From a virus (Duplodnaviria > Caudoviricetes): 46,630 bases of DNA. The translations under genes were made by a program, and so were the position numbers. Location of the stretch: IMG/VR virus record IMGVR_UViG_3300016659_000028, positions 1 through 46,630 of that record; one strand, given 5' to 3'. Of the stretch, positions 36,308 to 45,283 are shown in pieces (positions within the stretch are counted from its first letter, which is position 1; each line of letters opens with the position of its first letter). The notes under the pieces were generated by a model. It saw only the letters and a list, made by a program, of their open reading frames with translations, was not told the origin of the DNA and made no database searches.

Positions 36308-37066
36308 TCAGCCCCTGTCCATTGTCAACGTGAAGGGCCTGCTGCCAGGGTAGTGGTTAATAAAATACTGTACGGTACGTTGCCGTACAAGTGCGCCCAA
36401 GGCCACTAGCTCTCCTCCATCGGCTTCAATGATTTGCCGTGATGGCTTGCTTTCAGGATCTTCTGGGTCATAAACGGCAATTACGCATAGCGCACGATCA
36501 ATTTCAATACCATACATTTGCTCAATCGCTTGTGCATAGCCACCAAGTTGTTGACGATAATCAGCAAGTTGGTAGTCTGGCTTTTCCTTGTAAGACGTTT
36601 TCCAATCAATCAACACGTATTGCCCTCCAATAATGGCAAGCTGATCGAACGTGCCAGTGTAGCCAAAGCCAGGATCAAAACCATAGGCAATAGCACTTTC
36701 GGCCAATACGCATTGATCAATGGTCAAGAGAAAGTCGCAAATAGCGTCAAAGTATGGGCGATACTTAGGGCTTAATTCAAGGGCAGTTTCAATGTCCTGT
36801 TCATTGAAGAAGTCTTCAATTATTTTGTGCATCCAAGTGCCACGATCTGCTGCCATTCTGGTGCGACGATTTGCCTCCTCTACCCCCACTCGCTTGCGCC
36901 AATTCATTAGCGCCATGATCTTGCCCACTGGAGCAGTGGCAGACAAAACTGTTGTCATACTGGGCAAGACTAAGCCTTCTTGCACAAAAGGAAGTCCAGA
37001 TGGCACAATGTAATGTCGCTTGCCATTGAGACTTATTCGAGCTGGAGGAAAATGCTGAAAAGTCAT
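36308..37066 (-). CDS. PD-(D/E)XK exonuclease
   Basis: PS.TTVL, WR.RVG..EA, RGT..H, Y.GT.D, IDWKTS and QL..YA motifs; TAATG-coupled to the upstream gene. Confidence 0.88.
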   Translation of the reverse strand: MTFQHFPPARISLNGKRHYIVPSGLPFVQEGLVLPSMTTVLSATAPVGKIMALMNWRKRVGVEEANRRTRMAADRGTWMHKIIEDFFNEQDIETALELSPKYRPYFDAICDFLLTIDQCVLAESAIAYGFDPGFGYTGTFDQLAIIGGQYVLIDWKTSYKEKPDYQLADYRQQLGGYAQAIEQMYGIEIDRALCVIAVYDPEDPESKPSRQIIEADGGELVALGALVRQRTVQYFINHYPGSRPFTLTMDRG

Positions 37067-37542
37067 TAGGAGGGAATCAGGCGGGCATAACGACCGGCGC
37101 AAGATCTTGTCGCCCATTTTCCATCAAAAGTTTTAACAATGTTGCTTACCATGGACTTTAGGTGACGTTTTTGCACGCTCCAGCTTAGGCCAACCCAGTA
37201 TTCTCGCTTGGGAAGCTTGGACACATTGTAATCATCATGCAATAGCCAGTGAGTCACCATGGAATCAATGATGAACAATGAGCCTGGCTTAAGAGATTCC
37301 TCGTTCGGCAGATGGCGCACATCAGAAACAAAATGCTGGCCGCATTCAATCGTCATGATGACAAAGTATTGGCTACCTATATGCGAATCATCGTGCGGTG
37401 GGCAACTGTAACAGCCTATAAGGTCTGGTATAACGGAATTGATTTTCAGCCTACGCTGAACATAGCCAAAGCTAACTTCAGTTCTGCGTGGAGGGTATTG
37501 ATGTTTAGGAATTATGGGAGGCTTGCAATGAGCAATTAGCAT
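37066..37542 (-). CDS. cupin/2OG-Fe(II) dioxygenase-like protein, paralogue B
   Basis: PPHDD...LKPGSLFIID...HWL: HxD..H triad in a DSBH-like pattern. Confidence 0.55.
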   Translation of the reverse strand: MLIAHCKPPIIPKHQYPPRRTEVSFGYVQRRLKINSVIPDLIGCYSCPPHDDSHIGSQYFVIMTIECGQHFVSDVRHLPNEESLKPGSLFIIDSMVTHWLLHDDYNVSKLPKREYWVGLSWSVQKRHLKSMVSNIVKTFDGKWATRSCAGRYARLIPS

Positions 37543-37555
37543 TGTTCCGTGGGGA

Positions 37556-38047
37556 TCAGGTGGGAAGTAGGTGGGCATAGTTACCGGCATCATATCGACC
37601 TTTCCATTTGCCGTGAAATTGTGCCACTACTGCAGACACAAAGCGTTTTAAGTTGTCGTCACTGTTTTCTTTGGGTACTTCCCATTGAATACCGAGCCAA
37701 TATCCTCGGCGTCCAAAATGTAATGGTGACAATGGAGCTTGATATAGCCAATGTAATTCCATGGGATTGATAATGACTAAATCTCCCTTTTTAAGGATGT
37801 ATTGTCGTGGATACATAGAAGCATCTGAAAGTACGTGGCGATAGCTTTGGGTCACGAGTATTACAAAATGGACGTCTGGATAAGCGTCATCAATGTGCGG
37901 AAATGCCTGATAGCATCCGAGAGCGAACGCTTGTGTGTCATTTACTGTAAATTGGCCGGGTAATGGACCAACTTCAATTTCTTCTTTGTTTTGAAAAGGC
38001 ATCCAAGACGGATCTATTCGTGGCGCTTTGCAGTTGGCAATTAACAT
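37556..38047 (-). CDS. cupin/2OG-Fe(II) dioxygenase-like protein, paralogue A
   Basis: FPHID...LKKGDLVIIN...HWL; collinear with paralogue B. Confidence 0.55.
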   Translation of the reverse strand: MLIANCKAPRIDPSWMPFQNKEEIEVGPLPGQFTVNDTQAFALGCYQAFPHIDDAYPDVHFVILVTQSYRHVLSDASMYPRQYILKKGDLVIINPMELHWLYQAPLSPLHFGRRGYWLGIQWEVPKENSDDNLKRFVSAVVAQFHGKWKGRYDAGNYAHLLPT

Positions 38048-38108
38048 TGTTCCTCGGGGATGATGATGGTTCCGGCAAAGGCCCGCGCAAGGCGGGCCGC
38101 TGCCACTA

Positions 38109-38963
38109 TTACTTTTTTTCCTCAACAAACTTTGCAATGAATGCAATAGCTTGTTCTGCGCCTTTCTCTGCTTCCACTTGCAAGGCTTCCATTTCTTTGG
38201 CCATTGCAGGCTTGGTAATCTTGATGCCATTGTCTTTAGTCCAAGCCGCCATCATGGTTTGACACAAAAGGCCAAACTGCTGAGGAGACTTGAGGTCCGC
38301 AGAAGCCTTGAGGCCCATGGTTTCTAGGGCATTCTTGGCCAAAGTGATCACTGCCTGCCGATCTAGGCCAAACACTCCAGCATTAGCCAAGGCCAAGCCT
38401 GCTGCCCGCCCGTCAAAAGCGGCATCAGGCGACTGCTCTGGCGCAGAAGGGGAAGACGATGGAGGAGAGGCAGGAGCAGAGGCAGACGACGCTGAATCGT
38501 CCCTTGGAATGTCCTCGCCGGAATAGAGTTTCAGTCCTAGGCCAGTGAAAGTGGCAATGGTTTTGACCGTAGCTCGCTGGCAGTTGTCACTAATGGCCCT
38601 AGCATCTAGAGCTTGAATTGAATTGTGCTTGTTATCCATGATTGGAAACACAAGCGCCGTTGTCCGCCTCACTCCATCGGTGATAAAAGGCCGGAGAATA
38701 TAGGCGCCAGGCTCACCAAACACGGGCCAGCCATTCCTGCTTTCCTCAAACTGGACGTAAAGGCCAGGGAAATGCTCGTAGAAGTAGCGGAATGCAAAAG
38801 GCCACGACAAGTAGGACAAGCCTTTGTAGTTCTTTTCAACATGCTCCCCAATGGGAAGCTCATAGGCGGCCTTGAACTTCTCGTAACTAATTTCCAAAGG
38901 GGCAAACAGTCCCAGTGTTCGATCGGTCAAAGCAGCCAAAGCGGCATTTTGTTCTTCAGTCAT
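38109..38963 (-). CDS. Sak3/DUF1071-like single-strand annealing protein
   Basis: VEK...LSYLSW..A, PIMD.K, QR..VK.IA..GLGL.LY.GEDIP motifs, then an S/P/A linker. Confidence 0.8.
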   Translation of the reverse strand: MTEEQNAALAALTDRTLGLFAPLEISYEKFKAAYELPIGEHVEKNYKGLSYLSWPFAFRYFYEHFPGLYVQFEESRNGWPVFGEPGAYILRPFITDGVRRTTALVFPIMDNKHNSIQALDARAISDNCQRATVKTIATFTGLGLKLYSGEDIPRDDSASSASAPASPPSSSPSAPEQSPDAAFDGRAAGLALANAGVFGLDRQAVITLAKNALETMGLKASADLKSPQQFGLLCQTMMAAWTKDNGIKITKPAMAKEMEALQVEAEKGAEQAIAFIAKFVEEKK

Positions 38964-39138
38964 TGTTCCAGTTTTCATTGCAAAGGACAAGCCCTTCATG
39001 GGCAGGAGTGGAGCGTAACAGCCGCTCTAAGGTTTCACTAAGGCTTAGCTCAGCGTTAGCTGATAATTCCTTAAGACGACTTAGGGCCGTGGGCGTGAGC
39101 GCAAAGTGGATTTTGCGTTTGGGCTGGTCGTACAGCAT
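38956..39138 (-). CDS. ribbon-helix-helix (CopG-like) regulator
   Basis: KRKIHFALT..A...L.......LS.SE.LERLLR pattern; first gene of the leftward recombination operon. Confidence 0.7.
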   Translation of the reverse strand: MLYDQPKRKIHFALTPTALSRLKELSANAELSLSETLERLLRSTPAHEGLVLCNENWNND

Positions 39139-39280
39139 TAGGGCATTGGCAGCGGAGAATGGAACTGAACCACCATAGGCCCACTAGCCCCACCTTTCCC
39201 TGTTTTGCCCCATAAGGCTTGCTTATCAGGCTGTTTCTGACGGTCGGAAACTTGGGTGCCACAATGGCAAGGCGCGATCC

Positions 39281-41263
39281 ATGGCCATGTCTTTCTCAAT
39301 CCTGGACTACTTAGACTCATTGGTTCCAGCCAAGGAAAGCGGTAAGTTCATCTGCCCTGCCTGCCAAGGCAACAACTTGTCCATCAACAAAACCACTGGT
39401 GCTTACACTTGTTTTCAGGACCCATCCCCCAAGCATCGCGCTGAAATCCGCAATACTCTAGCCCCAATGGAACGATGGGAAAAGCCTAGACGACAAGAGG
39501 CATTTCATCAATTCCATTACCAAAACGAGCAGGGTGAAACCATTGTTGTCGTCAATAGAAAGGACGATGGTGAAAGTGACAGTAAGCGCATCTGGCAAGA
39601 TTTCCCCACCATTGACACCAATTCTCCATCGGCAAAGCTCCAACTGCAGGAGGCTAAGGCCACAATCCTGCCATATCGTTATCACGAAGCCATAAAAGCT
39701 AGCAACGAAAACGGCCTTCCAATTTTCATTGTCGAAGGAGAGCTAAAAGCTGATGCAATATGGAACATTGGCCTACCAGCCATTAGCTTTCTTGGCGGCA
39801 GCAAACAATATCGCAGCAATGGTGATTATTCCACCATCTTTCGTGATTATCGCCTAGTCCTTTGCCCTGATCGTGATGAGCCTGGAGTGGCCTTCATGAA
39901 GGAAGTTGAGGCTGATAATCCTGGCGCACAATGGCTTTATGCTGATGGTGATTCTTGGGAATGGGATAATCTTCCCAGCAAGAATGGCTATGACATTGGC
40001 GATTGGATTCAAGGCGAAGGTGCCACAAAAGACGATTTGCTTTCTGCCATTGTTTCCAAAGGGCGCCATCAGAACGCTGATGGCAAGCCAGGTTATGACG
40101 AAATCATTTCCTCCATCGAAGACTTTGTTGGCCTATTTGGCAACAATGATGCTCGCATTTACTACGAAACTGCATCGTGGTTGGAACGCAAAGGCATCAA
40201 AATGCCACAGCAGAACATTGATAAGCTCGTAGACGAAGCCAAGGGGCGAGTGCATGGCCGTGAAACCATTGAAACCATTGATGCTTTGACCATTGCCAAT
40301 AGCGATCAATGTAGGGAATGGCTCATTGCAGGCATTGTGCCGCAAGGAACAGTGATGCTATTGGCGGCTCAAGGCGGATGTGGGAAAAGCAGTTTGCTCT
40401 ATAACTGGGCTTTGTCCATTGCCCTAGGTAAGCCATGGAGCAATAGACGATGCGCAAAAGGCAAAGTGCTAATCATTCAGAGTGATGAGCCACTTGTGGA
40501 TACTACAGAGAAATTGGCCGTTATTGGTTATGCCGATGCTGGGCTAGAGCCTGGCATGATTAGCTTTTGGGAGAATTGGCGCTTTGCTCATATTAAGCAA
40601 CTGGAGGAGTTCATCCGTAAGCATCGCCCTAGTTTTGTTGTCATTGATAGCCTTACTTCGTGCCTGTCTGGCATGAACATTGACTTAACGAAAAGCTCTA
40701 GTGGTGATGTTATTTATGGTTTGCGAGATTTGGCCAATCAGTATCAATGCAGTATTGTCATCCTTCACCACTTGAATAAGACTGGAGGATTGCGTGACAG
40801 TAGTGCTTTTGTAGACAACGTGAGCGAAGTGATTAAGTTTAATCGAATGGAGGGCGGTTATGACAATAACCAGTTCACGCTTGAATGGCTCAAGAGTCGG
40901 GCGGGACTAAGCGGCAAACACGTCCTGACTCGGGAGCCAATGAACTATGGCTGGCGCTATGGAGGCCCGCTAGGAGGCAGCCTGGACGAGCTAGAGGCAG
41001 TTGTGACAGCACTAGGAGCAAGGCGGAACGAAAGGCTGTCCTGCAGGCAAGTGGCAGCCATTGTTGGCTCTTGGGACGTTGGTGGCACTCGCAAGATGCT
41101 GGAAGTGGCACGACGCCAAGGGCTGATCACTAGCTCCTGGCAGACTGGTCCGAATGGCGAAAGGGATAGGCTTTATCACGATTGGAACTATTCGGCAGTT
41201 ATCGAGAATCCAACTAAAGAGGGCAATGCCGATGCTGAGGCAGAAGATGATGACTTCTTTTAA
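39281..41263 (+). CDS. primase-helicase (Zn finger, Toprim, RecA-like AAA_25 helicase)
   Basis: CPAC...C Zn finger; IVEGE.KA and PDRD.PG Toprim motifs; Walker A AQGGCGKS; Walker B VVIDS; LHH.NK. Confidence 0.9.
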   Translation: MAMSFSILDYLDSLVPAKESGKFICPACQGNNLSINKTTGAYTCFQDPSPKHRAEIRNTLAPMERWEKPRRQEAFHQFHYQNEQGETIVVVNRKDDGESDSKRIWQDFPTIDTNSPSAKLQLQEAKATILPYRYHEAIKASNENGLPIFIVEGELKADAIWNIGLPAISFLGGSKQYRSNGDYSTIFRDYRLVLCPDRDEPGVAFMKEVEADNPGAQWLYADGDSWEWDNLPSKNGYDIGDWIQGEGATKDDLLSAIVSKGRHQNADGKPGYDEIISSIEDFVGLFGNNDARIYYETASWLERKGIKMPQQNIDKLVDEAKGRVHGRETIETIDALTIANSDQCREWLIAGIVPQGTVMLLAAQGGCGKSSLLYNWALSIALGKPWSNRRCAKGKVLIIQSDEPLVDTTEKLAVIGYADAGLEPGMISFWENWRFAHIKQLEEFIRKHRPSFVVIDSLTSCLSGMNIDLTKSSSGDVIYGLRDLANQYQCSIVILHHLNKTGGLRDSSAFVDNVSEVIKFNRMEGGYDNNQFTLEWLKSRAGLSGKHVLTREPMNYGWRYGGPLGGSLDELEAVVTALGARRNERLSCRQVAAIVGSWDVGGTRKMLEVARRQGLITSSWQTGPNGERDRLYHDWNYSAVIENPTKEGNADAEAEDDDFF

Positions 41264-41298
41264 GGACTAAGCAATGCGCCTTTTGCCGCTCAGCCAAT

Positions 41299-41323
41299 GC
41301 CCCTTTTGCAGGGGCTTTATTAT
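41299..41323 (+). terminator. intrinsic terminator after the primase-helicase gene
   Basis: GCCCCT-tttgc-AGGGGC stem-loop followed by TTTATTAT. Confidence 0.65.
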
Positions 41324-41384
41324 TGGAAAGAACTTGCTCATTTGACTAGGTATGGCCATCATCTACAACAACGGCTTTGGCAAC

Positions 41385-41412
41385 AAAAAAGCCGAGGATC
41401 AAACCCCGGCTC
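41385..41412 (-). terminator. intrinsic terminator of the leftward early operon
   Basis: Minus strand reads AGCCGGGG-tttgat-CCTCGGCT-TTTTT. Confidence 0.7.
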
Positions 41413-41555
41413 AAGAAAGCAATGGAGAGAAAGCTAGTTCCAGCAATCAGCTAGAAAAGGCTGCAGGAGGATTGTACGCTCAATCAACGAAAGTGGTAGG
41501 GACAAAAGCTGAGTGAGATACTGGCGTTTGCGAATAGCAAATGCTTTGGCAGAGA

Positions 41556-42068
41556 TCATGATTGTTGTGTTAGAAGAGGAATGATACGGCATTCGGCAAT
41601 GTAGGACACGGAATAGCGCGGATTTAACCGAAGGCGTTGTTTAAGTGCAGCCTCAAGAGTTGCTCCTTCTGGCATCGGTGTTTCCCATACAAGTTTTTCG
41701 CCATCGTCGGGATCAATGGCCACTACTACGTAAAATGGTGTATCGCCATTAACAATGGACTGAGGGAGGAGAAATTCAGCGGAGTTGGGCATAATGATGG
41801 GGGCGGGAGTCGGCTCTTTCTCGGGCTTGTCAATGGCAATAACAGGCTTCACCAAGGAGACCAGATCGTCTTCATGGTCGCCATTACCAAAGCAGCTATT
41901 TCCATTTAAGTCGTACCAGGCCTTCCAAGATGGGCCATAAAGATCAGTCGCAATAGGATACTCACAATGGTTGGCTATCTGCGTAATTGCGCAAGTGTCG
42001 CCTTTTCTTGTGCGCCAAGTCTGGCCCACTTCAAACTTAGGCAGAATCGTGGATTTGGAATCAGTCAT
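41556..42068 (-). CDS. hypothetical protein with an N-terminal SH3-like module
   Basis: FEVGQTWRTRKG...I...YP+...Y..NG......DLV pattern. Confidence 0.65.
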   Translation of the reverse strand: MTDSKSTILPKFEVGQTWRTRKGDTCAITQIANHCEYPIATDLYGPSWKAWYDLNGNSCFGNGDHEDDLVSLVKPVIAIDKPEKEPTPAPIIMPNSAEFLLPQSIVNGDTPFYVVVAIDPDDGEKLVWETPMPEGATLEAALKQRLRLNPRYSVSYIAECRIIPLLTQQS

Positions 42069-42219
42069 GAGGGACAAAATAGTCACAAGAGCTTGAGGAG
42101 GGGTGTCGCATGGTGGCCGCTTGGCTATTTCCATCGGCTCGTTGTCGCCAGCGAGCGCAGTTTTGATGCCATGGACAAGAATGGTCTTGACATCGTGTCC
42201 AATCAGAGAGTAGCTTCAT
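42061..42219 (-). CDS. small Cys-rich protein (52 aa)
   Basis: MKLLSDWTRCQDHSCPWHQNCARW...CDYF: C-x4-C-x5-C..C pattern; overlaps both neighbours in operon fashion. Confidence 0.55.
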   Translation of the reverse strand: MKLLSDWTRCQDHSCPWHQNCARWRQRADGNSQAATMRHPSSSSCDYFVPHD

Positions 42220-42943
42220 AGCATCGCGCCTTAAAGAAACCATTACTCCAAGCAATGCGTGAAATGCGGTGGACATGCGCTTCTTGGTCCTCGCCTTTCT
42301 CGGGAGCCATTCCACTCCCTTCAAGATCCCACCAACGATTAAAAGAAAGGAGATCTAGTTCGTCATTGATTAAGCTTTTTTCGTTGTACCATTCCGCTGG
42401 AATGGTCTTTTGAGCCTGCCTATACCTTTCAATAGCTTTGTTGATTTCTTTTATTCGTTCTTCTAACACAACGAAACGTGGACGAAGGCCAAGTGGAGGC
42501 TTAAGCAATGGAGCAGTCAAGCAGCAATTATTAGGCTGCAGAAGTTTGACCAAGTTGACGCATAGGCCTGGCCTATGCCATTCGACAGAGGCAGCAAAAG
42601 GTTCGTCCTCATCGTCTTCTGGATTCACAAAATATGCACGTAAGCCGTCTTGACTCTTGCGCAAACGGAGTTGCGCCCCATCGGCCCTCAACCATAGTTG
42701 ACCAGCCTCAAACAACGGGCCAGTTTCTATCAGCTCAACAAGATCCATTTCGCCATCTAGGCCGAACATTTCGTGGCCTTGATAGTCATAGATGTGATTT
42801 AAGTGGCCGTTTCGTTTTCCAATAAAGTATTTGGTGGAACAGTTGTAGTCAAGTAGTTCTACGATTTTGCCAGTTTTGTCTTTCCATCGTTGCCCCACCA
42901 TGAGGGGCGCCTGGCCTGCTTTTAAGACTGTGGAAGTGCTCAT
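42203..42943 (-). CDS. hypothetical multi-module protein
   Basis: Two GQxW modules plus a PPLGL.P....ER..EI..AI.RY...IP.EW..E segment; ATGA-coupled to the pentapeptide gene. Confidence 0.6.
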   Translation of the reverse strand: MSTSTVLKAGQAPLMVGQRWKDKTGKIVELLDYNCSTKYFIGKRNGHLNHIYDYQGHEMFGLDGEMDLVELIETGPLFEAGQLWLRADGAQLRLRKSQDGLRAYFVNPEDDEDEPFAASVEWHRPGLCVNLVKLLQPNNCCLTAPLLKPPLGLRPRFVVLEERIKEINKAIERYRQAQKTIPAEWYNEKSLINDELDLLSFNRWWDLEGSGMAPEKGEDQEAHVHRISRIAWSNGFFKARCYEATL

Positions 42944-43713
42944 GCCCCCACCTCCCCCGCCTCAGCAGCGTCCAGCACCGACTGCAGCCAGGCGCGGGCG
43001 TCGTCGTTGCTGTCGTGGAAATGCATGGCCGCATCGTGGCCGAGCAGCATCCGCCCGGCGACCTCTGGGCCGTGAGTCTCCTCCAGCAGCCGGCCTGGCT
43101 CGCCAGCCTGATGGATCGCCCAACCGGCAATGCAGTGAGTGGTCTTGCATGTGTGCCATTCGTCCATTTGCAGAGCTGAGTCTGTGGCCAGCGCGGCACG
43201 TGCTACGGCCAGCAGCCGTTGCGGGGCATCAGCGGCGATGGTGAGGCCAATAGCACCGATCAGGTTGGCACCGATCAGGTCGGCATCGCTGGGGTTGGCC
43301 CCGCTCAGGTTGGCCCCGCTCAGGTCGGCGTTGTGCAGGCTGGCACCGCTCAGGTTGGCCCCGCTCAGGTCGGCATCGCTGAGGTTGGCACCGATCAGGT
43401 TGGCACCGATCAGGTCGGCACCGATTAGGCCGGTGCCGCTCAGATTGGCTCCTCGCAGGTTGGCACCGCGCAGGTCGGCACCGCTCAGATCGGCACCGCT
43501 CAGGTCGGCACCGCTCAGATTGGCTCCTCGCAGGTTGGCACCGATCAGATCGGCCGCGCGAAGGTCGGCCCCGCGCAGGATGACCCCGCTTAGGTCGACC
43601 CCGCGCAGGTTGGCCCCGCGCAGGTCGGCCCCGCTCAGATCGGCCCGGCGCCCCTCGCGCCCGCTCGTTACCAGCCAAAGACGGTGCTGTTCTAAGACAT
43701 CAGTCAAGTCCAT
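42940..43713 (-). CDS. pentapeptide-repeat protein with a C-terminal His/Cys domain
   Basis: L..H..WL N-cap; about 27 A(D/N)L(S/R/I)(G/D) repeats; C-terminal WHTC.TTHCIAGW domain. Confidence 0.9.
   Translation of the reverse strand: MDLTDVLEQHRLWLVTSGREGRRADLSGADLRGANLRGVDLSGVILRGADLRAADLIGANLRGANLSGADLSGADLSGADLRGANLRGANLSGTGLIGADLIGANLIGANLSDADLSGANLSGASLHNADLSGANLSGANPSDADLIGANLIGAIGLTIAADAPQRLLAVARAALATDSALQMDEWHTCKTTHCIAGWAIHQAGEPGRLLEETHGPEVAGRMLLGHDAAMHFHDSNDDARAWLQSVLDAAEAGEVGA
43255..43645. repeat. degenerate 15-bp coding tandem repeat
   Basis: Units such as caggttggcaccgat and caggtcggcaccgct encode the pentapeptide repeats. Confidence 0.9.
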
Positions 43714-43739
43714 AGCTCAGTGGGGCAAACAACTCTCAG

Positions 43740-43768
43740 ACGATAGCCCCACCGTTTCCCGCTGTCAA
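43740..43768 (-). promoter_or_regulatory. sigma70-type leftward promoter
   Basis: Minus strand TTGACA-17 nt-TATCGT, 26 nt upstream of the pentapeptide ATG. Confidence 0.7.
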
Positions 43769-43946
43769 GCCCTGCCCGAAACAGTGGCCCTATTGACACG
43801 CGATATATGCTGGGAACGGAACCGAGTGCTGTCCTGCAGGCTCCTTCCGCCTAGGTTCCTCTGGCTTAGGCTCCTTTGGCTAGCCCGTTTCGGCCATCGC
43901 CGTTAGGCGAACCTGCCAACGGGCTTCACTGTCTCTGCTAATTCTC

Positions 43947-43975
43947 TTGACTCCTCTTACTCTGTCTTGTAGATT
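43947..43975 (+). promoter_or_regulatory. sigma70-type rightward promoter
   Basis: TTGACT-17 nt-TAGATT upstream of 43988. Confidence 0.65.
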
Positions 43976-43987
43976 TGGTTCGCCTCA

Positions 43988-44230
43988 GTGATTTCTCGCC
44001 CTCGTCAGCCCGATCACCTTCCCTCTCTTGCTCACAATGGGCAAGAAATTAGCGTGATTCGCCACTATGGCTTTTCAAGCAATGGAGTGGCTCGTATGCT
44101 CTATGCCACTAAGGACAACAATGGCGAAAGGCATTGGAGGGGGAGCTATGAGGAAATTGTCCACTTCATCAACAAGAACAATGAACCAAGAGCAAGCGCA
44201 GGATCTGGAGCTTCTAATCAAGGAGCTTAA
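43988..44230 (+). CDS. hypothetical protein
   Basis: 80 aa with GTG start directly after the promoter. Confidence 0.55.
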   Translation: MISRPRQPDHLPSLAHNGQEISVIRHYGFSSNGVARMLYATKDNNGERHWRGSYEEIVHFINKNNEPRASAGSGASNQGA

Positions 44231-44519
44231 AGGCATTAAGGCCAAACAAAAAGCAATGGAGCAGCAAGAAGCTCTCTGCAAGGCCAACATTCAAGAAGTG
44301 CTAGAAGCAATGAGGGAGACCGGGTGGACCACTGGCAAAGGCTCAGTGCGCCTAGAAACTCGAACCACCAAAACCTATGGCCCAGCAGTCAATGAAGCAG
44401 AGGCTGCCTATAAGCGCCTTAAAGCTCTTGCTGATGACTTGGGTGACTACGAGCAAAAACCAGGTAAAACCAGCGTGGTGTTTAATTTCCCTAAAAACCA
44501 AGAAGAGGAGGCTTTCTAG
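44181..44519 (+). CDS. hypothetical coiled-coil protein (Gam/Gp157-like architecture)
   Basis: Likely start MNQEQ at 44181; helical coiled coil followed by short beta segments. Confidence 0.55.
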   Translation: MNQEQAQDLELLIKELKGIKAKQKAMEQQEALCKANIQEVLEAMRETGWTTGKGSVRLETRTTKTYGPAVNEAEAAYKRLKALADDLGDYEQKPGKTSVVFNFPKNQEEEAF

Positions 44520-44554
44520 TTTCCTGCTATTATGGTGCCAAACAATTAAGCACC

Positions 44555-45283
44555 ATGCACCGTCGTCAGTACGATCCCGGAGAGCCAGTTCTTGAGCAAG
44601 CCGTAGAAGTCCTGAAGAGGAATGGCTTTACAGAACAAGAAATCCAGGAAATCCGGGATCTTCCCCATCGCAATAGCCGTCTTAATTATGGTCCATTAAA
44701 CATTCACAAAAGACGGCTCATGGTGAATCAACTTGTTGCTGCATCATTCAGCAATGAGCAGATTAGCCAAATCTTGATTATGAGCAAAGAAACTGTTAAT
44801 AAAGATAGGGAGTATGCACGCAACTTATACACTCAAAACATTCTGCAAACCGCTGACCTCCATCGTGCTAGGCTTCTCCAGGAAAGCATTGATCTAAAGA
44901 ATCAAGCATTAGCGGCTTTCCATGAAAGCAAGAAAAAGACAAAGACAACTACCAAGAGCTTGGGCAATGGAGAAGAAAGTGAGGAAGTAACAGTCACGGT
45001 AGAGGAAAGCGCTGGTGATGTTGGTTTCCTTAATGTGGCCAAAAACCTCATTGCCGAACAAGCCAAAATTGTTGGTCTCAATAACTTGCCAACGGCAGCA
45101 AAAGAAGAGAAAAGCTACCATGATTTTCTCAAAGACTTGTCTGCCACTTTGGCTAAAGCTGATGCTGAAGCCGAGGAACAAAAAGCAAAGGAATTGGCCA
45201 TTGAAATTCAATTCGCAGAAGCTGAAAACATTGGCCCTAAAGGCACGCAACTATTGCCCAGCACGATTGACGAAAAGCTCTAA
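44555..45283 (+). CDS. HTH protein, possible terminase small subunit
   Basis: SNEQISQILIMSKETVNKD HTH, then helices ending AGD..FL......EQAKIVGL and an acidic tail. Confidence 0.5.
   Translation: MHRRQYDPGEPVLEQAVEVLKRNGFTEQEIQEIRDLPHRNSRLNYGPLNIHKRRLMVNQLVAASFSNEQISQILIMSKETVNKDREYARNLYTQNILQTADLHRARLLQESIDLKNQALAAFHESKKKTKTTTKSLGNGEESEEVTVTVEESAGDVGFLNVAKNLIAEQAKIVGLNNLPTAAKEEKSYHDFLKDLSATLAKADAEAEEQKAKELAIEIQFAEAENIGPKGTQLLPSTIDEKL

Noticed and set aside
35516-38230. Extended N-termini in the track for dcd (35662), exonuclease (37117) and the dioxygenase-like pair (37593, 38230)
   Set aside because: The extensions overlap upstream genes; the downstream ATGs match motif starts or translational coupling.
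43255-43645. Possible CRISPR array
   Set aside because: The units are contiguous degenerate 15-mers with no unique spacers, and no cas genes are present.
43139-43906. 255-aa plus-strand ORF with APLRS-type repeats, and the 149-aa RCQP alternative frame
   Set aside because: These are alternative readings of the 15-bp pentapeptide coding repeat, which lacks stop codons in those frames.
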